The notes below the pieces were generated by a model. It saw only the letters and a list, made by a program, of their open reading frames with translations, ran no database searches and was not told the DNA's origin. From positions 91,054 through 155,053 of the IMG/VR virus record IMGVR_UViG_2974542590_000001: a DNA stretch of 64,000 nt. One strand, given 5' to 3'. The DNA is from a virus (taxonomy: Duplodnaviria > Heunggongvirae > Uroviricota > Caudoviricetes > Herelleviridae). Shown in pieces: positions 1 through 10,034 of this stretch (position 1 is the stretch's first letter; the number at the start of each line of letters is the position of its first letter). A program made the position numbers and the translations under genes.

Positions 1-736
1 GTCCTGCTTTAACGTGTAAGATACCACGTGTTGTTCCTCCGTGAGAGAAAAATCGGTCATTAAACGTCTCGGTGTTTTCATGTGCAATAAACTGCTTCAA
101 GGCAATCTCTAGTTCTGGATAACCGTACTGACCTACTTCAATATCAGCACGTGGGTTACGAACAGCAAAAGCCATTTCACGTTCATTAAATTTGGCTACG
201 ATTCGATTGTCTAGTACTTGTACAAATCGTTCTCCCTTTTCAATAATCTTTCCTTTACCGTTAGTAGCTAAGAAGATTGTTGTGGGGTCTACGGTATCAA
301 ATTTGATAAAGTTACCATCTTTATCGAATACCTTCTCAAAGTTAACTTGGTCATACATATAAGTTGCACGTACCATCTTCTTACAAAAAGCAGTAAAATT
401 ATCCCTATTTTGGTCTTTGAATACTGCGGTATTTTCTAAAAAGCTTTCAATTCTTTTAATATTTGCAATGTCATGTGTGGATGGCTCTTGTTCAATATCT
501 TTCAGCCGAACCTCGTAACCTACACCTGTCTCAGAGTTTCTTGCAGGTTTACAATACATAGATACCTGATTTGACCGTGTATTAATAATTGAATTAAGAA
601 TGATATTATTACCAAACTTCTTCAACATTTTGTGTAAATCCTGAGAATTTCTAATAGAAGGTTTTGTCTTAAATCCGGGGTTTACTGACATGTCACCAAT
701 TATAGGTTGCATGTATGCTACCGGTTTACCATTCAT
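1..736 (-). CDS. portal-like structural protein; the C-terminus runs off the window edge
   Basis: Open minus-strand frame from the window edge up to the ATG at 736, preceded by an AGAAAGG RBS. Translation begins MNGKPVAYMQPIIGDMSVNPGF... and continues ...FSHGGTTRGILHVKAG, weakly portal-like. TTG/GTG starts further upstream (~840) are possible. Confidence 0.4.
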   Translation of the reverse strand, partial: MNGKPVAYMQPIIGDMSVNPGFKTKPSIRNSQDLHKMLKKFGNNIILNSIINTRSNQVSMYCKPARNSETGVGYEVRLKDIEQEPSTHDIANIKRIESFLENTAVFKDQNRDNFTAFCKKMVRATYMYDQVNFEKVFDKDGNFIKFDTVDPTTIFLATNGKGKIIEKGERFVQVLDNRIVAKFNEREMAFAVRNPRADIEVGQYGYPELEIALKQFIAHENTETFNDRFFSHGGTTRGILHVKAG

Positions 737-881
737 ACCTTTCTCTACCGTTTCTGTTAACGGCTGTGCTTGAATTTCTTTAAGCAAGGTTTGGTAGACT
801 TCTTCGCTTTTAACGATGTCAGTATCTTCTTCTACACCCAACACTTTATCTAACCATTTTGGCAACTTGATTACACCTACC

Positions 882-1226
882 TCATATATAAATTTTTATT
901 CTTTGTTTACCGTTGAAGCTACAACCTTCCGGAAGTGTTAGTTCGACTTTGTGCATATCACTATAAAAGAAGCCTTTCTGACTGTCATTGACTACTTCAT
1001 AGTCCTCTACAGCAACATTTCCTTCTCTATCAACTAATAAAACCTGTTTGTTATCTAAGATTCGTAGTATGCGGTAATTTTTATTATCTATAGCAGTATG
1101 AACTTGTACATTGTTTCCACCGTTTTCATAGTAGAGGTGAATAATTAGAATCCAGTCTCCTACAAAACCGTTTTGTTTAGCTAACTGTTTTACTGCTTGC
1201 CATGTATCGTCCTGTAAGTATGCCAC
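882..1226 (-). CDS. hypothetical protein
   Basis: 114-aa ORF co-oriented with its neighbours in the late cluster. Confidence 0.5.
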   Translation of the reverse strand: MAYLQDDTWQAVKQLAKQNGFVGDWILIIHLYYENGGNNVQVHTAIDNKNYRILRILDNKQVLLVDREGNVAVEDYEVVNDSQKGFFYSDMHKVELTLPEGCSFNGKQRIKIYI

Positions 1227-1355
1227 GTATTCTTACCCCCCAAGCATTTGTACTAGTTTAAGTATACCACAGGTAGCCCTGTAACCATTTTTCATCACTG
1301 TCTACTAATTTAATATAGCACAAAAAAGAGGGCTAAATAGCCCTCTTAAGTCATG

Positions 1356-2309
1356 TTACTTAAATGTACCCCATGCTTTCTTACCTACAGGTCGTATAGG
1401 GATGTAACGTCCATCGTTTGCATAAATCCAGATGTATCCCTCAGCAGACTTCCAACCAAGGTATCTCACAGATTGTCCCGGATACAATGGTGTAGCTGTT
1501 GGAGAAGATAAGCTTGGTTTGTTCTTACGGGTAGTAATAGGAGCATTACCATTAATAAACGTAGCTTCTTCCTTCGTAAATCCGGCAGGTAGTTTAGGTT
1601 TGCTTCCCCCAACTCTATCTGAACCATATCCACCTTCAATGTCTTGGGAAAGAACCCATCCAAGTACTGTTCCTTTATTTACAATCAAGTATTCTTGATT
1701 AGAGTAAGAATAAGAAATTGGTCGTTGTTGTTTAACGTCAAATGTACCGCCTTTGACAAAGCTTGCCATCTTAGAACCTTTACTTGATGGAGACCAGTTG
1801 GTAGCGTGTTTAAGTACTTTTACTTTTTTAGTGTTTGGTTTTGAAGGAGTGCTTCCACCGTTTAAACGATACACATACCAACCCATGCTATATGGACAAG
1901 TAGTTGCTTCGTTATCTACGTAAACACCGTTAGCCGTTGCTGATTTCCATGTACAGTGAATAATCTGTGTACTACTAATGAAGATAACCACGTGACCTGC
2001 GGAACCGCCACTTGCACCTTTTTTACCAAAGATAACAATGTCTCCACGTTTAGCTGACCATTCCTGATTTTGTGCAATCAGTTTAAAACCATTTTTTTCT
2101 AGCCAACTGTGCATACTATCTGTATTAAGTACCCAACCTGCATCACTAGCCCCTGCCTTACGTAAAGAATCATAGACAGTACCAGAGCAATCCCCTGTGC
2201 CATCTGCACCTGTTCGGGAGTAGTTCATTGAGTAAGTAATACCTCGTGCTTTCAGAGCGTACATGTTCGCAATTGCGGTTTCCATGTTAATGTTACTCAT
2301 AGCTATCAC
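1356..2309 (-). CDS. NlpC/P60-family peptidoglycan endopeptidase with C-terminal SH3b-like wall-binding domain
   Basis: A DCSG catalytic-Cys motif and a downstream GHVVIF His motif mark the N-terminal domain. The C-terminal ~120 aa ends ...YIPIRPVGKKAWGTFK, which is SH3b-like. Confidence 0.55.
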   Translation of the reverse strand: MIAMSNINMETAIANMYALKARGITYSMNYSRTGADGTGDCSGTVYDSLRKAGASDAGWVLNTDSMHSWLEKNGFKLIAQNQEWSAKRGDIVIFGKKGASGGSAGHVVIFISSTQIIHCTWKSATANGVYVDNEATTCPYSMGWYVYRLNGGSTPSKPNTKKVKVLKHATNWSPSSKGSKMASFVKGGTFDVKQQRPISYSYSNQEYLIVNKGTVLGWVLSQDIEGGYGSDRVGGSKPKLPAGFTKEEATFINGNAPITTRKNKPSLSSPTATPLYPGQSVRYLGWKSAEGYIWIYANDGRYIPIRPVGKKAWGTFK

Positions 2310-2403
2310 TTCCTGTTTGTTTTTAAGTTACAGTTATAATATAGCATAAGAAAAAGACCCCCTAAAAAGAGAGTCTTTTTTTAATCTATTAGTATTTATT
2401 ATT

Positions 2404-3048
2404 TTAGTACCAACCGTTAGCTAACCAGAAAGCTTGTGCATTTTCCCATGAACCATAACGTCCTGCAACATAAGCATCTGCTACACGTTCTTGGTTTTCT
2501 GGTGAGTAGTCACCGTTTAAGTAAGATGAATCTAGTTGGTAACGTCCAATGTAACGTCCGTTAGTAGCTGAGTAAGAACCGCTAGATTCTTTTTGTGCAA
2601 TCCATTCTTTTGCTGAGTTAGATGTAACGGCAGGAGCTTGTTCTACTGGTTCTTGAACAACTGGTGCCTGTTCAACTACAGGTGTTTCTTCTACTACAGG
2701 TGTTTCTTCTACTACAGGCGCTTGTTCTACAACTGGTGTTTGTTCTACAACTGGTGCTTCTTGCACTGGTTGAGCTACAGGAGCTTGAACTTCACCGTTT
2801 AATGGTAATAATAGTTTGTCTCCAACATAAATCAAGTTAGCATCTGAAACTTTGTCTGAGTTTGCTTGGTGAATTAGGTTAAAATCAATTCCGTAACGAT
2901 TACCAATAGTTGATAATGTATCTCCGGATTCTACTTGCCAGTAAGTTTGTCCATTTTCTTGGATTTCGTCTGCGTGAGCTTTAGCTCCCAATCCTAATGA
3001 TAGTCCTAGTCCTAAAAGTCCTAATGTTGCAATTGTCGTTTTCTTCAA
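2404..3048 (-). CDS. secreted LysM-domain protein with Pro/Glu/Val-rich linker and Apf-like C-terminal domain
   Basis: Signal peptide MKKTTIATLGLLGLGLSLGLGAKA. LysM signature ...YWQVESGDTLSTIGNRYG.... Repetitive linker (PVVEQ)n. C-terminus ...AQAFWLANGWY resembles the Lactobacillus aggregation-promoting-factor family. Confidence 0.55.
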   Translation of the reverse strand: MKKTTIATLGLLGLGLSLGLGAKAHADEIQENGQTYWQVESGDTLSTIGNRYGIDFNLIHQANSDKVSDANLIYVGDKLLLPLNGEVQAPVAQPVQEAPVVEQTPVVEQAPVVEETPVVEETPVVEQAPVVQEPVEQAPAVTSNSAKEWIAQKESSGSYSATNGRYIGRYQLDSSYLNGDYSPENQERVADAYVAGRYGSWENAQAFWLANGWY

Positions 3049-3205
3049 GTTGTCGTTCTCCTTTGGGTTGTTTTAGTTTTATGTGTTGCTTACAGGAACT
3101 AATATAGCAAATTAATATTACAAAGGTAGTCCTAAATCATTACAGTTCTATTACATATTATTACAGTAATAAAAAAGACCCACCCGAAGGTAGGTCATTG
3201 TACTG

Positions 3206-4474
3206 TTACAATTTGTTAGTTCCACCAAGTTGTAACTGGTCAGAAATTCCTGTATTCCCTAATGGGTCGGAGCAGTAACGACTTAGGATATAGATGTCTT
3301 TACCACGTGCAGGAGATTTAGCATCTAGTGCATGAGCAAAAGCAAATCTACAGTTTCCTCGTTGCGCAATCGTTCCGTCATATAGTTTTTGAATATCAGG
3401 AGAAGCCTTGAATGAAGATTTTGTAACATCAAAACGTACGATTTCTTTATTTGTTTTCTTATCCATAATGAATAAGAAATGTTTGTCAGTATCTCTACGT
3501 TTAGAAGATAAGTGCCATCCGTGTAGTGTTACCTGACCTTTGTCACCTCTGATTACGTCTAAACAACCACGGTTAATTAATGCAGGGGCTTTAAAGACTT
3601 TATCTTTTACGTAAAGCTCTTCTTTGCTATCGTTGTTATAACGTAACAAGAAGTAATACTCTTTACCCATAAGATTTTGTGGAGTTAAGCCATTAACAGT
3701 AAAACCAACTTCTGCCCCGTTAGGGTTAGATGGGTATACTTTTTTAACGTCTTCACGAACTACACGTTTACCTTGGAAACGCCCAATTTCTTTGTTTGTA
3801 GCTTTATCCATAAAGTACAACCAGATAGATTGCCCTTTTGTAGACTTGCTAGGAATGAACCATCCTTGTACGTTAAATGCACCAGAGTTTACATTCACAA
3901 TATCAAAGAATGCTTGACGACCGTTTGTTTGACTAGGCTTAGGTGCGCTGTTATTTCCACCTGCCATAAATTGTTTTGCTTGGCGTACAACTTCGTCTAC
4001 GTTCATACCTCCGGGACATGCTGTTGAAGTCACTTCGTTATGACCTAAGACATGTTGGCGGTCACATGGGATACCGTAACGTTTACAAATATCTGCTACT
4101 AATCGAGCACAGTTTGTAACCGTACGAGGGTCAATTGACCAGTTAGGAGCACCACTTGAATTTAAGTTTTCGATACCGATTGAGCGTTGGTTAGGGTTAG
4201 ACATCTTAGGAATATCTGCACCACCAGTTCCTCCTGCGTGCCACGCTGCATATTGTTCACCTACGCAACCGATAATCTCTGTTGGAGTAACCTCATAGTG
4301 AGCAGATGTACCTGCACTACCACCCGCTACCCATGTGTTCATAGCAACATCCTTGTTTGTTGTTGCGTTGTGATGTAGAACAATGCGGTCAATAGCAATA
4401 CCGTTACGACTACCAGAGTTCATCAGTTTAGGGTTAACGCTTGTAATTAAATTACTAAATACTTCGCCTGCCAT
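3206..4474 (-). CDS. N-acetylmuramoyl-L-alanine amidase (amidase_2/PGRP) endolysin with two C-terminal binding repeats
   Basis: The amidase_2 region reads ...IDRIVLHHNATTN...AHYEV...CPGG. Two ~60-aa paralogous C-terminal repeats (..WLYFMDKATNKEIGRF.. and ..FLFIMDKKTNKEIVRF..). AGGAGG RBS 7 nt upstream of the ATG at 4474; the ORF track's 4501 start lacks an RBS. Confidence 0.65.
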   Translation of the reverse strand: MAGEVFSNLITSVNPKLMNSGSRNGIAIDRIVLHHNATTNKDVAMNTWVAGGSAGTSAHYEVTPTEIIGCVGEQYAAWHAGGTGGADIPKMSNPNQRSIGIENLNSSGAPNWSIDPRTVTNCARLVADICKRYGIPCDRQHVLGHNEVTSTACPGGMNVDEVVRQAKQFMAGGNNSAPKPSQTNGRQAFFDIVNVNSGAFNVQGWFIPSKSTKGQSIWLYFMDKATNKEIGRFQGKRVVREDVKKVYPSNPNGAEVGFTVNGLTPQNLMGKEYYFLLRYNNDSKEELYVKDKVFKAPALINRGCLDVIRGDKGQVTLHGWHLSSKRRDTDKHFLFIMDKKTNKEIVRFDVTKSSFKASPDIQKLYDGTIAQRGNCRFAFAHALDAKSPARGKDIYILSRYCSDPLGNTGISDQLQLGGTNKL

Positions 4475-4576
4475 CTTGCAACCTCCTGTAAAAAAAGTCA
4501 CAAAAAAAGAGTTCTCTTTCCTTGTGCAATGTTAATATAGCACAAGTAAAAAAGACTCTTTTTTAATCAGGAAATA

Positions 4577-4933
4577 TTAATGTTGTTCTAAGAATTGCTC
4601 AATTTCATCAATTTTTGTCTCCCCTGTGTAATAGAAAATACATTCCAAGATAGTGGAATAACGTCCATCTGTAAGGGTTACTTTTTCTCCTGCTTCAATT
4701 GCCACATCTAACCCAAAAGATTTATCAGCTCTAATTAAACCGATATTTTTAATAAATTTTAGTACCTCTTTGTCACCATCTGTTACTAAAACATTAGGAA
4801 TTGGAATCATAACTGACTGGGGTTCTGGTACATGTAGATTGCTTGCAATCAAGGACTCTCTTTTTCCTTGAAGTGCACGCAATTCTTTGATTAATGCTTG
4901 GTTTAATGTTACTTTGGTTGTAGGGTTTGCCAT
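4577..4933 (-). CDS. hypothetical protein
   Basis: 118-aa ORF, start overlapping the stop of the upstream gene. Confidence 0.5.
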   Translation of the reverse strand: MANPTTKVTLNQALIKELRALQGKRESLIASNLHVPEPQSVMIPIPNVLVTDGDKEVLKFIKNIGLIRADKSFGLDVAIEAGEKVTLTDGRYSTILECIFYYTGETKIDEIEQFLEQH

Positions 4934-5761
4934 TTAGAAATACCTCATGCTTTCTTTAATTTGTTTAACGAGTTCTTGTAGTTCGTGTTTTTCTGCGACT
5001 TCATCCACTAATTCGTTAATGACAGCCTCAGCAAGACGTGCAGATTTAACCACGTTGTCTTTTTGGATTGCTAGTTCTTGTTGCTCTTTCTTCTGCTTTT
5101 CCATTTCAGCAGTTTTTTCTTCAATCAGCTCTTCTTTACGCTCCATGTATGCTTTAGGTGCGAATACAATGTTTACACGTACTTCTTGTGCTTGAAGGAT
5201 AGAACTGCATCCGGATAAGTTAGGGTCTACAATGGCATCCCCTAGTGGTAGTACCTCTCCGTTTTGTAAAGCTTCGACAAAGAGTTTATTGATTTTAATA
5301 TCGTCTAACCCACGGTCAATAGCTAATCGGAATAAATACTCATATTCGACAGGGTATTCCTCTCTAAAAACTTGGAACCCTAAAAAATAACCTGACATGA
5401 AATCATCGGGTTGTGGGTCTTGACGAAGAAATTGATAATTTGAATATAAATCCTTTACAATCTCTGTCAGTTTCTCAATGAACAATTTGTAGTCGGCATC
5501 GCTTGCTTTTTCGACTAGCAAGTCAGAGAGTGTTTGTTCGTTAATAATTACGTTTTCTTTCTCTGGCAACTCCTGTACATCCCCTTTCAGTATGTTTGTT
5601 AACTTCTTCGTTAGCTCAGTTGCTCTTTCAGTTAGCACAACTTGTGCCTTTTTTCTCAAATCAAAAATTGTCTTGACTGTTTGAGCTACAAAAAGATTAT
5701 AGCATATAAACACAGTTGTTGAGAAGGCTAAAATTAAAAATAACTCAAAAGTTGAAATCAT
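4934..5761 (-). CDS. membrane-anchored coiled-coil protein
   Basis: The ATG at 5761 (MISTFELFLILAF..., an N-terminal TM) overlaps the upstream stop as ATGA and has a GGGGAG RBS. The rest is Lys/Glu-rich coiled coil. Confidence 0.5.
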   Translation of the reverse strand: MISTFELFLILAFSTTVFICYNLFVAQTVKTIFDLRKKAQVVLTERATELTKKLTNILKGDVQELPEKENVIINEQTLSDLLVEKASDADYKLFIEKLTEIVKDLYSNYQFLRQDPQPDDFMSGYFLGFQVFREEYPVEYEYLFRLAIDRGLDDIKINKLFVEALQNGEVLPLGDAIVDPNLSGCSSILQAQEVRVNIVFAPKAYMERKEELIEEKTAEMEKQKKEQQELAIQKDNVVKSARLAEAVINELVDEVAEKHELQELVKQIKESMRYF

Positions 5762-6606
5762 GGCTCCCCAAGCGCTTCCAATAGGGAACTCTTGGAAATT
5801 ATATAACAACTACCACTTTTTTTAAGTCCGTATTCTTTAAATAATTCTAGTGCTAACGGGTCATCAGTAGCATCAATCTTAGCACCTAAGCCAAGTTTAC
5901 GAGCACGTAACAATAGTTGTGTAAATGCTACATAAGCCACTCCACTTGTAAGGTCGTCTGATTGATAGAAAGCTAAGTATAAATAGCTACCCTCTTTACG
6001 ATAACCTGCCACACCACCAAGTTCTCCGGTTTCTCCTTGAAGAACTAAGTATGAAGAACAATCAGTTGAAAATGCCCCATTTAAACTACCTGCCTCAGTT
6101 TTAAGTTTAGCAATTTGTTTTGGGTCTATACCATTATGGTCATCTCCAATAATTGTTTTGCTTAAATCTCTAGCATTTCTTGGCTCAACATTTTCCTCTG
6201 TTTGAGTGTCCTTATCTAATGGGTTTTTATTATCATCATCTTCTCCGGAACTGTCTTCGTAGATAGTAGTCGTCATCATTTTACCATTTCTCATTACTCG
6301 TCTTTTAACTGGCTTCAACTTTGATAAATCTTTTTGACCACCTTTAATTAAATAGTCATTTAGTGAATCACAACTATCAGCATAGCAGTATAGGTCATAA
6401 AAGGAGTTAAAACCATAAGCCTTCACAATATGTGAATAGTCTTTTGATAATTTTTCATTTTCTGATATAACGTACCCATAGTTTAACTTCTTACCTAGCA
6501 TACCTTCTAAAAAGGACTTACTAACTGTAGCTTCTACAGGTTTAATCTCTGGAACAGAACTAAGAAGATTATCAACAAGAGCTTGGTATTCTTGATTGTC
6601 ATTCAT
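5758..6606 (-). CDS. protein with acidic N-terminal region and C-terminal GNAT-like acetyltransferase fold
   Basis: R-x-x-G-x-G/A motif RARKLGLGAK and surrounding beta-strand pattern ...AYVAFTQLLL... suggest a GNAT fold. Weak call. Confidence 0.4.
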   Translation of the reverse strand: MNDNQEYQALVDNLLSSVPEIKPVEATVSKSFLEGMLGKKLNYGYVISENEKLSKDYSHIVKAYGFNSFYDLYCYADSCDSLNDYLIKGGQKDLSKLKPVKRRVMRNGKMMTTTIYEDSSGEDDDNKNPLDKDTQTEENVEPRNARDLSKTIIGDDHNGIDPKQIAKLKTEAGSLNGAFSTDCSSYLVLQGETGELGGVAGYRKEGSYLYLAFYQSDDLTSGVAYVAFTQLLLRARKLGLGAKIDATDDPLALELFKEYGLKKSGSCYIISKSSLLEALGEP

Positions 6607-6710
6607 GTAAACGTCTCCTTTATTGTTATGACAAGAAAAATAACTAGTGCTATTATTGACAAGTAGTATAATAGCATATTATTTTTTGTCAATCAATAGC
6701 TAATTTGATA

Positions 6711-6843
6711 AAAATGTCCTATTTTAAATTTTTGTCTCCCTTATATAATATATTATACTATATATACTTAATAACTAGATATAGGTATATAGATATATAG
6801 TATTAATATATAAGGACGTAGAAAAATTAAAATAGGACATTTT
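6711..6843. repeat. palindromic element: 22-bp inverted repeat (AAAATGTCCTATTTTAAATTTTT / AAAAATTAAAATAGGACATTTT) flanking ~88 bp of TATATA-rich DNA
   Basis: Arms read directly at 6711-6733 and 6822-6843. A second copy at 13804-13939. The core motif is also present as a palindrome inside terL intron 1 (7728-7750). Confidence 0.7.
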
Positions 6844-6849
6844 GCTTTT

Positions 6850-7488
6850 TTAAGTAAATTGAGTAAAAATATCAGGAGGTGTAGGGTTCAATTGAGTAGA
6901 AATCCAATCAGAGTTAAACCCGTAGTCATCTGCCCCTGTAAATACGTTCATCAAATGTTCATAACCTAACATGGAATAAACACTAGCTTGTGAATAGTGG
7001 TCATCACCTTTACGTCCAATAGTTTGTCGGAATCCTGTAGGAGATTTTTCATCCTCTTCATCACGAATTACTACATTTCCCCAGTGTTCAATGTAAAGCA
7101 TTAGTTCACTATCCATTTTATGGTAGAAACCAATAACTCCATCTTTCATGTTTGAGATGTATCGTTTATTCTGCATTAGCTTATCAGCAGATACCTTGTT
7201 ACCTTGAACATTCCAACTAGGCACTAAGTTACCTGTAGATTTAGGTGTAGATGGATATACACAACCAAATACACGGTCTTTACCATAAATCTGAATCAGT
7301 TTAGCAACTTTATCACCAGAGTCACCAACATCAGCAACGATAATATCAGGTTCATATGGTGCTAATTGTAATCGAATTGACTGAATATCTGTATCAATTG
7401 CATCAGGGTTTAACGGGTTAGCTTTACCTACAGAGAACAATTTAATTAAATCTACTTGACCATTCGTTCTAACGCCATGAATGGACAC
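6850..7488 (-). CDS. terL: terminase large subunit, last exon (nuclease domain); the reading frame probably continues upstream toward ~7676
   Basis: The ORF starts MSIHGVRTNG... and contains ...IIVADVGDSGDKVAKL..., an RNaseH-like terminase nuclease-domain pattern. Upstream of the first Met at least the next ~5 codons (to ~7503) are open. The stretch 7504-7676 was not verified stop-free and does contain in-frame-candidate stop triplets. Confidence 0.6.
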   Translation of the reverse strand: MSIHGVRTNGQVDLIKLFSVGKANPLNPDAIDTDIQSIRLQLAPYEPDIIVADVGDSGDKVAKLIQIYGKDRVFGCVYPSTPKSTGNLVPSWNVQGNKVSADKLMQNKRYISNMKDGVIGFYHKMDSELMLYIEHWGNVVIRDEEDEKSPTGFRQTIGRKGDDHYSQASVYSMLGYEHLMNVFTGADDYGFNSDWISTQLNPTPPDIFTQFT

Positions 7489-7676
7489 CCAGTGTCTGTT
7501 TCCCCAGTCAATACCTACAGAGATAAACTTGTAATCTCCACGGTCTCTAGGAGATTCTGGGAGGTCTCCACGTCTATTACGTTCTACGTCACTAGCATTA
7601 ACAGTAAGTTTCTGGTCAGCATATGGATACGAATTACCGCTACTTTCGTAGTATTTTGTTACTGCTCTTAGCAGTC

Positions 7677-7949
7677 GGACTAGACTATATCATAACCCTT
7701 AGTTTAGGTTAAGGGTTCTCTGCTTTACATGTCCTATTTAAAATAGGACATTTTTATCTAGTTCTTGGCTACTCCATTTAGTAGCTTACCTAGAAATTTA
7801 GTCGTTAGGCATTTATGCACTTACAGTGCAATTTAGCACGGGATTCCCACTGTCCTATTTTAGGATTTAGGGTCTCTTATCAGGATATTGGTTATTTTCC
7901 TATGCCCGTTTAACAGAGTTTTCGACAATTGTTACCAATTGAAGGGGCG
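7677..7949 (-). mobile_element. group I intron (td-like IA2 core, no ORF) within terL
   Basis: On the minus-strand RNA: ...GTAATCCCGTGCTAAATTGCACTGTAAGTGCATAAATGCCTAACGACTAAA... and a 3' ...GATATAGTCTAGTCCG. These match the AATCCCGTGCTAAATTG / GCCTAACGACTA / GATATAGTC blocks as I recall them from the T4 td intron (recalled sequence, not checked here). Boundaries approximate. Confidence 0.6.
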
Positions 7950-8360
7950 TTACTCACCCAATGTATAGTTATAGAACGCTTGTTTTGATAGTGATGTTAA
8001 TTCTTTTGTTTTTAATTGGTCAGCAGATACCCAAACAGCGTTCATTTGAGAAATCATGTATCCTCTAATACCTAAACCATTTTTAGTACGGTCTGGATAT
8101 TTAGGAACCCATATACCATTGTACCAACGGTCTAATGGTTCTCCACATTTTTGACAAACGAATTGGAAAGAGCCATCCACAACTGTTTTAGCAATTGGGT
8201 CTACCCCTTTAGGGTTTACACAAAGGATGTTCCCTCTACGTTCCACTGGTGCCTCTGGTACATAGTCTTCATAGTTCATTTGGTTATAATGATTACACTT
8301 ATCACATTTGTGTAGATACCAGTATTGGTCAGACTGTTCAAACAAAGCATGGATGCCCAC
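7950..8360 (-). CDS. terL: terminase large subunit, internal exon
   Basis: 136-aa ORF (..ILCVNPKGVDPIAKTVVDGS..) bounded on both sides by intron-core sequence. Confidence 0.55.
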   Translation of the reverse strand: MGIHALFEQSDQYWYLHKCDKCNHYNQMNYEDYVPEAPVERRGNILCVNPKGVDPIAKTVVDGSFQFVCQKCGEPLDRWYNGIWVPKYPDRTKNGLGIRGYMISQMNAVWVSADQLKTKELTSLSKQAFYNYTLGE

Positions 8361-9653
8361 ATCTGGTGCGCTCGAATGTACCGTAGCTTTCGCTATACTT
8401 TAACACTACCTTAGGTAGTCGGACTAGACTATATCATACCCTATCTGATAGGGCTTCTGCTTTACATTGATTTACCTTGTTAACAATATGTTGCTCAATA
8501 GATTTCTCAGTCATCAAATAATTCACACGTAGTAGGTTAATGTGATTTTCCTCTGCGTACTCTGTTTTTTGCTTGTCTCGTCTTTGTTGAGATGCTAATT
8601 TTTTATCTCCACCAAAGTAAGCCACAGGTTTAAAATGTTGCACACCATCATATTCGATTAACAAGTTGCAATCGGGGATATAGAAGTCGAATCTTAGGTA
8701 AGAGCCATTGTTCTTTAAATCTTCGTATCCTTTTTGTAACTCGTAAGGAATTTTATGATTGTCTAATATTTTAGTAACAAGTTGCTCTCCTTTGGATTGT
8801 TTACAACGGGGACAACGGTTACCTCTAAGAAAATCTTTAGGTGTAACAGCATAGGTAAACCCACAAGCTATATGAGTAACCTCTACTTTTGTATGATTAT
8901 TTTTGTACTGAGATACAAGCTTGTATTCACCATTTGACAGCTCAGTTACTTCCTGACTAAACTGTTCTGTACTTTTACGTTTCGTTCCATAACAGTTTGG
9001 ACATCTACGACCTCTTAAAAAGTCTTTCGGTGTCATTTCGAATGTAGTTCCACAAGTATGATGCAAAATTTTAATTTTTTTAAAGCTCCGTATATACGGA
9101 GTAATCTGTGTGTACTCTATACCCGCTACTTGCTTAAACCGTTCTGCAAAGTCTTTCGGGTCAGTAGTATTTATTTTGCAATGACATCTACGGTTATCGT
9201 AGATAAAGTGGTTAGTGGTTGTCTCAAATGTTTCTCCACATTCTGCATGGTAAAACGTAACTTTTTGGTTACCTCGCACATAATCTGAAACTCTTTTGTA
9301 CTCGGCTCCTACAAGGTCATATATCCTTTTGTCAATATCTTCATTAGTAATTTTTTTAGCCATTTCCTACCTCCTACAATGTATAATATAGCATACATAC
9401 CGTAGTTGGGGGCAGTTAGGCTAAACTGGTAAATCAACTTTTATAGGCTTAGCAAACTAGTGTTTACTGCACCTAAGTTTAGTCGTTAGGCATTTACAAG
9501 CTTACGCTTGATTTAGCACGGGATTACCTCTATCCTTTAAGGACTTAGGCTCTCTTATCAGCTTATTCCTCCTTACAAATGAGTAAGGTTGGTTATTTTT
9601 GTGTACTTTCAGCTTTGCCCGTTTAACAGAATTTTTCAAAGGTCATTACTGAC
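8361..9653 (-). mobile_element. group I intron within terL carrying a homing-endonuclease ORF
   Basis: The same conserved core blocks as the 7677-7949 intron (tagtcgttaggcatttacaagc...atttagcacgggattacctc... on the + strand), with the HE ORF 8434-9363 in a peripheral loop. Boundaries approximate. Confidence 0.55.
8434..9363 (-). CDS. intron-encoded homing endonuclease: tandem CxxC zinc-finger repeats plus C-terminal PD-(D/E)xK nuclease motif
   Basis: The zinc-finger repeats read HTCGTTFEMTPKDFLRGRRCPNC and IACGFTYAVTPKDFLRGNRCPRC. The C-terminal nuclease motif is ..RFDFYIPDCNLLIEYDGVQHF... Paralogous to the ORFs at 10124-11044 and 54471-55202. Confidence 0.6.
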   Translation of the reverse strand: MAKKITNEDIDKRIYDLVGAEYKRVSDYVRGNQKVTFYHAECGETFETTTNHFIYDNRRCHCKINTTDPKDFAERFKQVAGIEYTQITPYIRSFKKIKILHHTCGTTFEMTPKDFLRGRRCPNCYGTKRKSTEQFSQEVTELSNGEYKLVSQYKNNHTKVEVTHIACGFTYAVTPKDFLRGNRCPRCKQSKGEQLVTKILDNHKIPYELQKGYEDLKNNGSYLRFDFYIPDCNLLIEYDGVQHFKPVAYFGGDKKLASQQRRDKQKTEYAEENHINLLRVNYLMTEKSIEQHIVNKVNQCKAEALSDRV

Positions 9654-10034
9654 CTAAGCCCCAATTAGTTTAGGGGTGCTCCAACGAGTAACAATCTTAT
9701 ATGGAGAAGATGACATAGATTCCAATGCAGAAGCTTCGGCTAATGCAGGAACACGGTCGTACTCGTCCATAGATAGGTAATCAATATCGACCCCTTCTAC
9801 AGCTCCCGGTTTAGAACTTGAACGGAAGTATAAAAAGCTATTACGAATCTTCTTAGCCTTTAATGAGTCTACTTCTGGGTCAATAATCGTACTGTAGTAA
9901 CCACGTTGTAATACTGGGTCAAGACGTGTTTGTACAAATTTAGTCATTTGTTCATTTGTTGGGAAGGTATACAAACACTTAACTGCATCGTAACTATGTG
10001 TATCTGCAAAGTGTAGCATGGTTCCTACACCCAT
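9654..10034 (-). CDS. terL: terminase large subunit, internal exon (Walker B region)
   Basis: The pattern ...KIRNSFLYFRSSSKPGAVEGVDIDYLSMDEYDRVP is similar to the T4 gp17 Walker B neighbourhood. Confidence 0.55.
   Translation of the reverse strand: MGVGTMLHFADTHSYDAVKCLYTFPTNEQMTKFVQTRLDPVLQRGYYSTIIDPEVDSLKAKKIRNSFLYFRSSSKPGAVEGVDIDYLSMDEYDRVPALAEASALESMSSSPYKIVTRWSTPKLIGA

Noticed and set aside
1432-1698. short ORFs nested antisense or out of frame inside large genes (1432-1698, 1466-1663, 3773-4027, 4187-4378, 4947-5195, 7456-7671, 9058-9288, 10530-10742, 23907-24092, 24734-24934, 28897-29088, 31450-31644, 31749-31931, 32288-32563, 33116-33400, 33583-33804, 37571-37786, 38894-39142, 39657-39980, 41058-41282, 44792-45121, 46893-47147, 49174-49563, 50367-50600, 53254-53457)
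   Set aside because: Each is wholly contained in a longer, motif-supported ORF on the other strand or frame.
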